Part shown: positions 17,862 through 26,426 of the stretch, one piece after another
Layout: every line of letters begins with the position of its first letter
Position numbering within the stretch: the first letter of the stretch is position 1
Assembly (NCBI GenBank): GCA_964625065.1
Contig: CAZUZL010000005.1
Coordinates: 2,072-66,071 of the forward strand
Source of the DNA: an uncultured Candidatus Saccharibacteria bacterium
GTDB lineage: Bacteria; Patescibacteriota; Minisyncoccia; Phycocordibacterales; UBA9973
Direction: 5' to 3'
Length of the DNA stretch: 64,000 bases
Notes under the pieces: model-generated
The model's input: the letters and a program-made list of their open reading frames with translations, nothing else
What the model was told of the DNA's origin: nothing
Databases searched by the model: none
Program-made: the position numbers and the translations under genes

Positions 17862-18944
17862 TTGCGTAGGCTGGTTAGGCCTATACCGTATTATAAAGTT
17901 TTACGTAAGATACTTGAAAATAAAGGGGTTTTTGACCCTAAAGAATACTTACCAAGTTTACCAACTTCTTTAAGAAGTAAGTTTTCTTGTGAAGCTGATA
18001 TTCTTTTTTCTGCTAATACACAAAAGCTTTTTTTGTTCCCATGGTTTTTAAGCCACTGGTTACGCCAGAAAAGAGTTTGCCATATCGACTGTTTGAACAA
18101 AATTCAACCAGTTGTGCCTACTAAAGAAAACTACTTACGTTTTCTACCATTCGACGACTTTTTACTGTCATTGCCAGAGCCGATTTGTGCTGCAAAGATT
18201 AAAGAAAATTTATTGCACCCGTTCAAGCTATTCTTTGTTCACAGAGAAGGCGATAGAATTTACTTGCTGGGCCTCAGAGAAGACATTGAATTGAATCTTA
18301 AAGAAATATCAGAATTCAATGAAGAAGATAATTCAAAAAAGATCAAAGAATTAAAGTATGGCGAAACTCGTTTTTCTAAAAAGTCTTTTGGTATTGATGA
18401 TTCAAATTTTATTTATGTAAACTGGATAGTTGACGTAACAACTGGTGAAAACATAGTTTGCAAAGATTTTGAGATGCAAAATATTTCCTGGGATGATGAA
18501 GAAAATTTTATCCGTAAAATGAAAGAAGAAAATGACGATAGTAGCTTAAATGTTGCCGGCATCGTTTTTTGGTTAAACGGTTTATGTAAACTTTTTGCCA
18601 CTTCTGCCAAGTCGGAATATGAATTTATTTCTAACCCGACCTCGTACAAACCAAAAGTTTCTAAAGGTAAACATGCTTGCCCTGTAGAACCAGAAATGGA
18701 ATGGTTTGAAGTTCCACACAGTACCACTGTTTATCTGACAATGGAGGAAAAAGAAAACGAAAGTCAGATGATTTCCAGAATCGGGTCTAGTAAAAAACCT
18801 CATCCTAGAAAAGAACACAAGCGTCGGTACCGCGATGCAAACGGTGAAATTGCCCGCATAATCGATATTGAAAAAGTTATGGTGCATAATTACAAGGAAA
18901 CCCCAGGTATGCAGTCTGAGGGGGCTGTAAGCAAGATCAAGTAA
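17862..18944 (+). CDS. Hypothetical protein (360 aa) in an AT-rich segment; start codon uncertain
   Basis: Long ORF with a promoter upstream and a terminator at 18966-18996. The first in-frame ATG is at codon 205, so a TTG or GTG start is assumed. Confidence 0.4.
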   Translation: MRRLVRPIPYYKVLRKILENKGVFDPKEYLPSLPTSLRSKFSCEADILFSANTQKLFLFPWFLSHWLRQKRVCHIDCLNKIQPVVPTKENYLRFLPFDDFLLSLPEPICAAKIKENLLHPFKLFFVHREGDRIYLLGLREDIELNLKEISEFNEEDNSKKIKELKYGETRFSKKSFGIDDSNFIYVNWIVDVTTGENIVCKDFEMQNISWDDEENFIRKMKEENDDSSLNVAGIVFWLNGLCKLFATSAKSEYEFISNPTSYKPKVSKGKHACPVEPEMEWFEVPHSTTVYLTMEEKENESQMISRIGSSKKPHPRKEHKRRYRDANGEIARIIDIEKVMVHNYKETPGMQSEGAVSKIK

Positions 18945-18965
18945 AGCAATTCTAAATAAATTCCA

Positions 18966-18996
18966 AGAGAGTCACATGACTCTCTTTTTTTTGTGC
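18966..18996 (+). terminator. Rho-independent terminator
   Basis: agagagtcacatgactctc followed by tttttttt. Confidence 0.6.
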
Positions 18997-19035
18997 CAAT
19001 TTTGAAAATGGTAAAAACAGGTCTATACTGTATAT

Positions 19036-19287
19036 ATGCAAAAACTTTGGTTTAAACGCAAAAAATATGGTTGGGGTTGGGTACCTGTAACATGGCATGG
19101 GTGGTTAGTAATTTTAATATATGTTGCCTGTATGGTTGGTGTAGCCACATTGTTAGATGGTGGTGTAGAAAAAGATTCAAACTTTTTGATACGTTTTATT
19201 GTACCTTTTGTATTTTTTACATCGATACTTATTGCCATCTGCTATAAGAAAGGTGAAAAGCCTAAGTGGACTTGGGGCGGGAAATAA
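19036..19287 (+). CDS. Hypothetical small membrane protein (83 aa, Trp-rich)
   Basis: ORF with 2 TM segments, followed by a terminator at 19291-19321 (aaaactcccgtaatgcgggagttttgttttt). Confidence 0.4.
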   Translation: MQKLWFKRKKYGWGWVPVTWHGWLVILIYVACMVGVATLLDGGVEKDSNFLIRFIVPFVFFTSILIAICYKKGEKPKWTWGGK

Positions 19288-19333
19288 AACAAAACTCCCG
19301 TAATGCGGGAGTTTTGTTTTTATAGATTCTTTG

Positions 19334-19404
19334 CTGCGAGGCTAGGACTCGAACCTAGATACACGGTTCCAGAAACCGTAGTCCTACCATTAGACGATCT
19401 CGCA
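19334..19404 (-). tRNA. tRNA-Gln (anticodon CTG)
   Basis: Reverse complement reads TGCGAGATCGTCTAATGGTAGGACTACGGTTTCTGGAACCGTGTATCTAGGTTCGAGTCCTAGCCTCGCA-G. U1-A72 and G73 are typical for Gln; anticodon loop TTCTGGA; T-arm CTAGG-TTCGAGT-CCTAG. There is one A/C mismatch in the acceptor stem. Confidence 0.75.
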
Positions 19405-19407
19405 ATA

Positions 19408-19662
19408 CTATTTTTTATTATACAATAGTTTTTGTTTTAATACCTCTCTTCCATAACCAGTCTTATAAAACCTTTCAGACTGTCTTGCTAGATCATATGT
19501 TATGTATGCTTCATAAAAAATTAAATCAAACGGGCGGTTTTTACTGGTATATATACCGCCAATTCCGTCATTATGTTCCTTAAACCTTCTTTTAAGATTA
19601 TCAGTACTACCTACATATAAACGGTTATTTTTCTTACTTTTTAAAACATACGTATAAAACAT
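19408..19662 (-). CDS. GIY-YIG nuclease family protein (YhbQ-like, 84 aa)
   Basis: YVLKS...LYVGSTDNLKRRFKEHN...YEAY...R.SERFYKTGYGRE matches the GIY-YIG fold pattern. Confidence 0.8.
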   Translation of the reverse strand: MFYTYVLKSKKNNRLYVGSTDNLKRRFKEHNDGIGGIYTSKNRPFDLIFYEAYITYDLARQSERFYKTGYGREVLKQKLLYNKK

Positions 19663-19775
19663 AAATTATGTCCCTGCCTCGTCGGCAGGTCGCCGTAGAG
19701 GCGACTACCATTAGACGATCAGGCAATAAGTCTTATTATACATAATTTATAAGGATTTTCAAGGTACTTAATTTT

Positions 19776-20993
19776 ATGCTATACTTACAATCTTCTATGA
19801 AAAAACCAACCATATCACCCAAAGCCATAATACTTTCCACCGTATTCCTAGACGTTGTAGGTATCGGTCTTATAATTCCAGTACTACCTTCGTATGTCGA
19901 ATCTTTTGGTGTGTCGCATCTTGCTGTAACCGCATTGTTTGCTGTGTTTGCATTGTGTGCGTTTTTATCCTCACCTATATTAGGTGTTATATCAGACCGT
20001 AAGGGCCGTCGGCCTGTGTTGTTAGTTAGTTTGGCGTCTAGTGCAGTAGGGTGGTTAATATTTGCATTTTCACACAGTGTAGTTGGTCTATTCATTGGCC
20101 GTATTATAGACGGGTCTGCAGCAGGTAACATATCTACAGCGCAGAACTACCTAGTGGACATATCTAAAGACGAAAAGGAACGCGGTCAAAACTTGGGGCT
20201 TATTGGGGCAGTGTTCGGTATTGCATTTATTATTGGTCCGCTAGTTGGTGGTTTGTTGTCTAGTTTTTATAAACCACTGCCGTTTATTGTTGTTGGTTTT
20301 CTAGCTGTAATAAACACAATACTGGCATACTTTTTCTTGCCCGAAACACACCACGAACGCAACCCAGAAAAAATGTCTTGGAACCCATTTGCACCCCTTG
20401 CTAAGGCAATGAAGTCTAAAACTTTAACACCGCTATATATAGCATGGTTGTTGTTCGGTATTGCTGCGTCGGCAAACCAGTCTGTGTTTGCATTATATTT
20501 ACAAGCCAAGTTTAGTTGGGGTGTAATAGCAGCGGGTACCATGATGGCAGTGGTTGGTATTGTTATTTCTATAAATCAGGCAGTTTTAATTAAAAAGTTT
20601 TGGTTAAAACGTTTTTCTCCGGCAATGTTAAACTTGTGGTTGTTAGTACCGTTTGCAATAGGGTATGTAGTTATGGCACTGCCATACAAATGGGTGTTTA
20701 TACTTGGTTTAATTGTTACTGCATTTGGACAGTCTGTTTACCGTGTTACTATGACCAGTCAAACAGTAGGTAAAGCAAGTAAAATGGAACAGGGCGAAAC
20801 CATGGGGGTATTGGCGTCACTTATGTCTTTATCTATGGTTATAGGGCCTTTATTGGGCGGTCTGGTGTATGGTTACGCACTACCGGCACCATTTTACCTT
20901 TCGGCTGTAATACTGGTTGTAGCGTTCGTTTTGTTATACCGTGCCAACATTAAAACCCCACCGATGGACATACCCGGCGTCCAGGCAATATAG
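19776..20993 (+). CDS. MFS transporter (drug:H+ antiporter-like, 12 TM)
   Basis: MFS motif A GVISDRKGRRP; 12 predicted TM segments. Confidence 0.85.
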   Translation: MLYLQSSMKKPTISPKAIILSTVFLDVVGIGLIIPVLPSYVESFGVSHLAVTALFAVFALCAFLSSPILGVISDRKGRRPVLLVSLASSAVGWLIFAFSHSVVGLFIGRIIDGSAAGNISTAQNYLVDISKDEKERGQNLGLIGAVFGIAFIIGPLVGGLLSSFYKPLPFIVVGFLAVINTILAYFFLPETHHERNPEKMSWNPFAPLAKAMKSKTLTPLYIAWLLFGIAASANQSVFALYLQAKFSWGVIAAGTMMAVVGIVISINQAVLIKKFWLKRFSPAMLNLWLLVPFAIGYVVMALPYKWVFILGLIVTAFGQSVYRVTMTSQTVGKASKMEQGETMGVLASLMSLSMVIGPLLGGLVYGYALPAPFYLSAVILVVAFVLLYRANIKTPPMDIPGVQAI

Positions 20994-21006
20994 TATAATT
21001 ATATAT

Positions 21007-21543
21007 ATGAAAATAATCGTTGCGTCATTAAATAAACAAAAAATATCTGCTGTCGAAGAAACAATAAAAGACTACCCAATGTTTTTTGAAGCAACAGTTG
21101 TTGGAATGGAAGTTTCTACTGGAGTTTCTGATCAACCGAAGTCTTTGAATGAAACAGTACAAGGTGCAATCAATAGAGCAAAATCAGCTTGGGGCAATTG
21201 TGATTATAGTATTGGTATAGAAAGTGGTGTAGTCGATGTTCCATTTACAAAAACAGGTATGATGGACACTTGTGTATGTGCAATTTATGATGGAAACGAA
21301 ATTCATCTTGGGCTTTCGTCCGCATTTGAACCACCGAAACTAGTTGCGAAATATATGCACGAAGGCATGAACATGTCTGACGCAACTTTTGCTGCGGGTT
21401 TAACTGAAAATAAAAAGATTGGTGCAAGTGAAGGTCTAGTTGGTATTTTAACCAACGGACGACTTACTAGACTAGGTTATACCAAACAAGCTCTAACAAC
21501 TGCGTTAATACATTTAGAAAACGAACATCTATACAAACAATAG
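21007..21543 (+). CDS. Inosine/xanthosine triphosphatase-like NTPase (YjjX / DUF84 family)
   Basis: MKIIVAS...NK.K...V...SGVSDQP...ETVQGAINRA...IGIESGV...GILTNGRLTR parallels the recalled E. coli YjjX sequence. Confidence 0.65.
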   Translation: MKIIVASLNKQKISAVEETIKDYPMFFEATVVGMEVSTGVSDQPKSLNETVQGAINRAKSAWGNCDYSIGIESGVVDVPFTKTGMMDTCVCAIYDGNEIHLGLSSAFEPPKLVAKYMHEGMNMSDATFAAGLTENKKIGASEGLVGILTNGRLTRLGYTKQALTTALIHLENEHLYKQ

Positions 21544-21595
21544 CTAACAATTAAGTACATGTATAACGGTATTTAAATTGTGATATAATAAAAAT

Positions 21596-22231
21596 ATGAA
21601 ACAACTACGCATGGAACAACTAGCAGACGGTATATTTGCTATCGTTATGACTTTATTAGTTTTTGAAATACATGTACCTGACTTAAACGGGGTAGTAACA
21701 GCTGGTAAACTAGCTATGGCCATGTTGTCTAACATACCCGCTGTACTATCTTTTATACTTAGTTTTATTTTACTTTTTACATACTGGCGTAGCCACCATT
21801 TTATAACATCTGTTTTTGCTAAAAACATAGACATAAATATGACAAACATAAATGCAATTTTCCTGTTGTTTGTCGCATTGGTGCCTTTTTCGTCTAGTTT
21901 GTTGGGTAGGTATTCTACAAACATATTTGCCATAATTATATTTTCTTTGCACGTTATATTTATCGGCTTGTCTTTATACAGAATGCGCCGTTATGCAGAA
22001 AAATCTGTACAAATAGAAACAGACGTAATAACTGTTTACGAACGTAACCATGCATATGTACGTATATTGTTTCCAGTATTCTGTGCAGTTGTGGCTATAG
22101 GTGTAGCGTACTACAGTACAACATTGTCACTATTTTTGTTGACTATAGGTATACTTTTCAACTTGTCTAAACACAGTACTTCTTATATATTTGCATTCTT
22201 GCGTTTGTTTAATAGAAATCTGGAAGGGTAG
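21596..22231 (+). CDS. TMEM175/DUF1211 family membrane protein (putative K+ channel-like)
   Basis: MEQLADGIFAIVMTLLVFEI signature helix and a 6-TM architecture. Confidence 0.7.
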   Translation: MKQLRMEQLADGIFAIVMTLLVFEIHVPDLNGVVTAGKLAMAMLSNIPAVLSFILSFILLFTYWRSHHFITSVFAKNIDINMTNINAIFLLFVALVPFSSSLLGRYSTNIFAIIIFSLHVIFIGLSLYRMRRYAEKSVQIETDVITVYERNHAYVRILFPVFCAVVAIGVAYYSTTLSLFLLTIGILFNLSKHSTSYIFAFLRLFNRNLEG

Positions 22232-22284
22232 TTCCTCGCCCTATGTAGGGGGAAGTGCCGAAGGCGGAGGGGGTATGTGCTGGC

Positions 22285-22318
22285 TGAAATTAAAAAACAC
22301 CAGCCAGGTGTTTTTTAT
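22285..22318. terminator. Bidirectional terminator hairpin
   Basis: aaaaacaccagccaggtgtttttt. Confidence 0.55.
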
Positions 22319-22333
22319 TTATGTAAAATCTTT

Positions 22334-23263
22334 TTAAGAATTTGCTATACCTAACAACTGTAAGAATTCTGCTAATTCTTTACCTTTTATTTCACGGTAT
22401 GAACCTAATGGTAGTTTACCCAGTTCAATGTTCATTACACGGAAACGACTTAGTTTATCTACTTCAAAACCTAAGGCTTTACACATACGTCGTATTTGGC
22501 GGTTACGGCCTTCGGTTAGAACTATTTCAAATGTATGGTTGTCTATACGTCGGATTTTAGTTGGGCGTGTAAGTTCGCGTGGGGTTATACGTACACCGTC
22601 GCGCATTTTAGCAAGAAACTGGTGTGTAATAGCACGGTTAACTACTACGCGGTATTCTTTGTCGTGTTCACGTTGTGGCGACAGTAAACGGTCTGTAACA
22701 CGTCCGTCGTTTGTCATTATTAGTAGACCACTCGAGTCTTTGTCTAGACGTCCAACAGGAAACACATTGGCATTAAATTCTGTTACCATGCGTATGTCGC
22801 GTTCGCCCTCCTGCGCACCTATGGTAACTATGCCAACTGGTTTGTTATATGCAAAATATACAGGTTGTTCACGCTTTTGTCCGACAATGTCTATCTGGTC
22901 AGTAGGTAATACTTTTTGGCCTATACTAGCAATCTGCCCGTTAACAATAACAATACCGTCGGCCAACATTGCGTCTGCCATTTTACGTGTAGCTATGCCA
23001 AGTTCAGAAAGGCGTTTGTTTATGCGTACAGCGCCGTTAGCAGACTTCTTCGGTATAGGGCTTTTACCTTTTGCTTTAACAGGTGTGCCATCTGGGTTTA
23101 CTACTGGTCTAACACCTGTGTGTGTAGTGTTTGTACCTGCAACTGCCTTTACTCTAGGCGCTGGTTTCCAACCACGAGGCACTTCAATACCTGACGCCTT
23201 CATTTTTTTGATGATGGCTTTTTTCTTATTAGCTGCGTGTTTTTTCTTACCTAGTTTTGTCAT
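22334..23263 (-). CDS. rluB: RluB/RsuA-family pseudouridine synthase with S4 domain and a basic N-terminal extension
   Basis: S4 domain (RINKRLSELGIATRKMA), the catalytic Asp motif GRLDKDSSGLLIMTNDG, and KEYRVVV...GRNRQIRRM. Confidence 0.85.
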   Translation of the reverse strand: MTKLGKKKHAANKKKAIIKKMKASGIEVPRGWKPAPRVKAVAGTNTTHTGVRPVVNPDGTPVKAKGKSPIPKKSANGAVRINKRLSELGIATRKMADAMLADGIVIVNGQIASIGQKVLPTDQIDIVGQKREQPVYFAYNKPVGIVTIGAQEGERDIRMVTEFNANVFPVGRLDKDSSGLLIMTNDGRVTDRLLSPQREHDKEYRVVVNRAITHQFLAKMRDGVRITPRELTRPTKIRRIDNHTFEIVLTEGRNRQIRRMCKALGFEVDKLSRFRVMNIELGKLPLGSYREIKGKELAEFLQLLGIANS

Positions 23264-24413
23264 ATAGTTCGTGTACGTTGTTAGTTGCGTATAATGTAAT
23301 CATAACAGTTAACCCTAATAATAGATACAGCACGTCTTTGTTAGCAAAATATATAACAAAAGACCCTATAATAGGCATAACAACATATGCAAACGGTGCC
23401 ATTGAACGGAAAACCCATAAAGTTTCTACGTCGCCTTCGGCTGTGTTTTCAAAAAAGTTGTATTCAGAAACAGCTTCTATTGTTGCTGCACCAACACGTG
23501 TTAAAAATAGTGTTAATGCTAACAATGCTATATTGCCAGTAGGTATAAATGGCAAAGACATTGTTGCCAGTGCCATTATTATAATAGCGGTGCGAAGTAG
23601 TTTTTTCTGGCTTACACCCATGTCTACTAATATACCAATAGGGTACTGAAGCAAAACAAACGCAGACAGCATAACTGTAAAAATAATACCAATGTTTGTA
23701 GACGACAAACCATGCACTGTGCGTAGGTATGAAGCTATGTATATAACCATCCATACATAGAACCACTGTAGGGTAAAGTTTATAACCATAATGCTACGTA
23801 ATGCCGGTTTTGCCCAAGTGTTTTTTATGGCTTTTAGAATAGATGTATGTGCACGTGCTTTGTGTTCAATGTTTTTTAAACTACTATGTATAACTATAAA
23901 CAGTACTAGTAAAACTACAAAACTAATTGCATACACAGACGCAATACCTATTTTGTCTGTACTGAAACCGGCAATAGATGGCGCAAAAAGCCAACCCAAG
24001 TTTACCGCTAGTAAATATAGTCCACGTATATGGCCTGTTGTAGTTGGTGTTAGGTAGTGTTCCAGTACCAAGTCGTACAAGAAAAAACCAAACGACGTTA
24101 GCACCATATAGCACAGTAAACCTGCAACTATAACTGCACCCACAGAACCGTACAATACAAAACCTAATCCTGCCAACAGTAAACCTAGTGTATATAGAAG
24201 GGTTTTTCTAATACCAAATTTATTAATTATAGAATTAGAATAAGAAACTACAATAACAGTTAGTATAGAAGCTAATGTATATAAAATTCCAACCCAAGAT
24301 TCGCTAATGTATTTTTCAAAAAAAGTAGCATTAGTGTATGTTGTTACCGCTGCCTGGAATGCAAACAGTACAGTTGCAGCTAGTATTATTTTTAGTTGCC
24401 TTGGGTACTTCAT
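23247..24413 (-). CDS. MFS transporter (12 TM)
   Basis: Hydropathy pattern with 12 TM segments; overlaps the rluB start by 17 nt. Confidence 0.65.
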   Translation of the reverse strand: MKYPRQLKIILAATVLFAFQAAVTTYTNATFFEKYISESWVGILYTLASILTVIVVSYSNSIINKFGIRKTLLYTLGLLLAGLGFVLYGSVGAVIVAGLLCYMVLTSFGFFLYDLVLEHYLTPTTTGHIRGLYLLAVNLGWLFAPSIAGFSTDKIGIASVYAISFVVLLVLFIVIHSSLKNIEHKARAHTSILKAIKNTWAKPALRSIMVINFTLQWFYVWMVIYIASYLRTVHGLSSTNIGIIFTVMLSAFVLLQYPIGILVDMGVSQKKLLRTAIIIMALATMSLPFIPTGNIALLALTLFLTRVGAATIEAVSEYNFFENTAEGDVETLWVFRSMAPFAYVVMPIIGSFVIYFANKDVLYLLLGLTVMITLYATNNVHELYDKTR

Positions 24414-24415
24414 AT

Positions 24416-26416
24416 TTAGAATGTCATTAATACTGGTATAACAACAGGGCGTTTTGCTGTTTTTTGGAATAGGAATTTAGAAACAGTTTCGCCAACAGCG
24501 TTTTTAATTGCGTCTACATTGTTTGCACTTACGCGGGCGTATTCAACTTCTACAGTCTTTTTAACCATGGTACGTACAGTGTGGAACAGTTCTTGGTTTT
24601 CCTTGATATAAACGAAACCTCTGGAAATAATGTCTACAGATTTTTTAAGTCTGCCACTACCAGCGTCTATAGCTGCAATAACTATAAATATACCGTCTTG
24701 AGAAAGCATACCGCGGTCGCGTATAACAACGTTTTGTTCGTCGCCAACACTAAACCCGTCTACCATCATGGCTGACGCTGGGGCTTTTTCTTTGCGTACA
24801 CCTATTTTAGTACCGTTGTCTGTAATTTCGATAATACTACCGTTGTCTGGCACTATTATGTTTTCTTCGGCCATACCTAGGTCCATAACTAGTTCCTTGT
24901 GTAGTTGTAGGCGGAAGTGGTTACCGTGTATAGGAATAAAGAATTTTTCTTTAACTTTTCTGTGTAGCCATTTAACGTCTTCTTTGTTTCCGTGGCCGGT
25001 TGCGTGAACATATTCTTCGCCCGGGGTACGGTAACTGATAATTTTAACGCCTTGTCTAGCTAGACCGTCTTTCATTTTTTCTACACCACGTTCGTTACCT
25101 GGAATAATAGATGCTGAAAGCACAATACGGTCGCCCTTTTTAAGCATTAGCTTTTTATTTGTTTTGTTTGCAACACGGTTTAGACCGCCAAATTCTTCAC
25201 CTTGGGCACCTGTAATTAAAACAAGTATTTTGTTAGGTGGGTAGTTGTCTATTTCGTCCAAAGGTATAATGGTTTCTTTTTTAATTTTAAGTAAACCAGC
25301 CTGTATAGCTATTTCAATGTTTGTTTTCATTGAACGGCCTTCTAGAACTATTTTTTTACCAAGTTCTTCGGCAACTTGAACAATGCGTATAAGTCTAGTT
25401 AGGTGTGAAGCAAATGCCGCAATAAATATACGGTTGTTGCTTTCACGGCGTAGAATGTTTTCTATACCTTGGTGCACCTTTATTTCAGGCAAAGCAAAAC
25501 CTTCGTTTTCAATGTTTGTTGAATCTGTCATTAACAACAATGTGTTTGCATTGTCGAAAATTTTGTATTCTTTTTCTTCGTGTTCAGTTGGTATACCGTC
25601 TAGGTGGTCAAGTTTGTAGTCGCCTGGGTTTACTATCCAGCCGTATGGTGTGTCGATAATAACACCCATAGAGTCAGGTATAGTATGTGTAACACCCCAG
25701 AATTTAACCTTCATGTTACCCATGGTTATAACTTCGTCTTTTTCAACGTTTATAGCGTTTAGTGCTGGTAGGTGAGGGAATTCACTTTGTCTTTTCTTAA
25801 GCATTAATATAGTTAATGCACGTGAATATACAGGTGGGTTGCCAATACGTGACAGTACCAAAGGCACACCACCGATGTGGTCTAAGTGGCCGTGGGTTAT
25901 TATAAGGGCGCGTATTTTGTCTTTTCTTTCTTCTAGGTAACGTGTGTTTGGTATAACATAGTCTATACCTGGTGTGTCTTCTGTAGAAAAATGCATACCT
26001 GCGTCGATAACAATAATGTCGTCGCCGATTTCGATGGCGGTCATGTTTTTACCGATTTCTTCTACGCCACCTAGGGGTATTATGCGTATTACACCTGGGG
26101 CAACAGCTGGTATGTTGTCGCTGACGCGTTTAACTTCACGTTCCATTGATACTGGTGGGGCCTTTGGTTTGCGTTGTGCACCAAATTTTGAATACTGAAA
26201 ACTACCAGAACGTTTAGCACTGCTGTTTTGGTTGTTGTTAGTAAAACGTCGTGGGCCTGCTGGTGTTGTTGCACGGGCTAGGGCGTCGCCCAACGAGTCT
26301 TTAACTGGGGCTGTGCCAGTTTGTGCTGGTCTAGCGGTACCCAGGTATGGTCGGCGGGGGTGGTTGTTTCTATTGTGTTGCGGTCTTGCTGAATTTTGTT
26401 TGTTTTGTGGTTCCAT
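24416..26416 (-). CDS. rnj: Ribonuclease J (metallo-beta-lactamase/beta-CASP) with a ~100-aa disordered basic N-terminal extension
   Basis: ITHGHLDHIGG (HxHxDH), beta-CASP motifs, and the C-terminal RNase J domain. Confidence 0.9.
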   Translation of the reverse strand: MEPQNKQNSARPQHNRNNHPRRPYLGTARPAQTGTAPVKDSLGDALARATTPAGPRRFTNNNQNSSAKRSGSFQYSKFGAQRKPKAPPVSMEREVKRVSDNIPAVAPGVIRIIPLGGVEEIGKNMTAIEIGDDIIVIDAGMHFSTEDTPGIDYVIPNTRYLEERKDKIRALIITHGHLDHIGGVPLVLSRIGNPPVYSRALTILMLKKRQSEFPHLPALNAINVEKDEVITMGNMKVKFWGVTHTIPDSMGVIIDTPYGWIVNPGDYKLDHLDGIPTEHEEKEYKIFDNANTLLLMTDSTNIENEGFALPEIKVHQGIENILRRESNNRIFIAAFASHLTRLIRIVQVAEELGKKIVLEGRSMKTNIEIAIQAGLLKIKKETIIPLDEIDNYPPNKILVLITGAQGEEFGGLNRVANKTNKKLMLKKGDRIVLSASIIPGNERGVEKMKDGLARQGVKIISYRTPGEEYVHATGHGNKEDVKWLHRKVKEKFFIPIHGNHFRLQLHKELVMDLGMAEENIIVPDNGSIIEITDNGTKIGVRKEKAPASAMMVDGFSVGDEQNVVIRDRGMLSQDGIFIVIAAIDAGSGRLKKSVDIISRGFVYIKENQELFHTVRTMVKKTVEVEYARVSANNVDAIKNAVGETVSKFLFQKTAKRPVVIPVLMTF

Positions 26417-26426
26417 AAATTTAATG

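Noticed and set aside
19660-19735. A second tRNA upstream of the GIY-YIG gene
   Set aside because: The D-arm-like 5' part matches tRNA-Gln, but no T-arm (TTCRANY) or pairing acceptor 3' strand can be formed. It is a fragment, not a gene.
22342-23267. Plus-strand ORFs 22342..22560, 22428..23267 and 22916..23194 opposite the rluB-like gene
   Set aside because: The minus-strand product has clear pseudouridine-synthase motifs. The plus-strand ORFs are composition artefacts.
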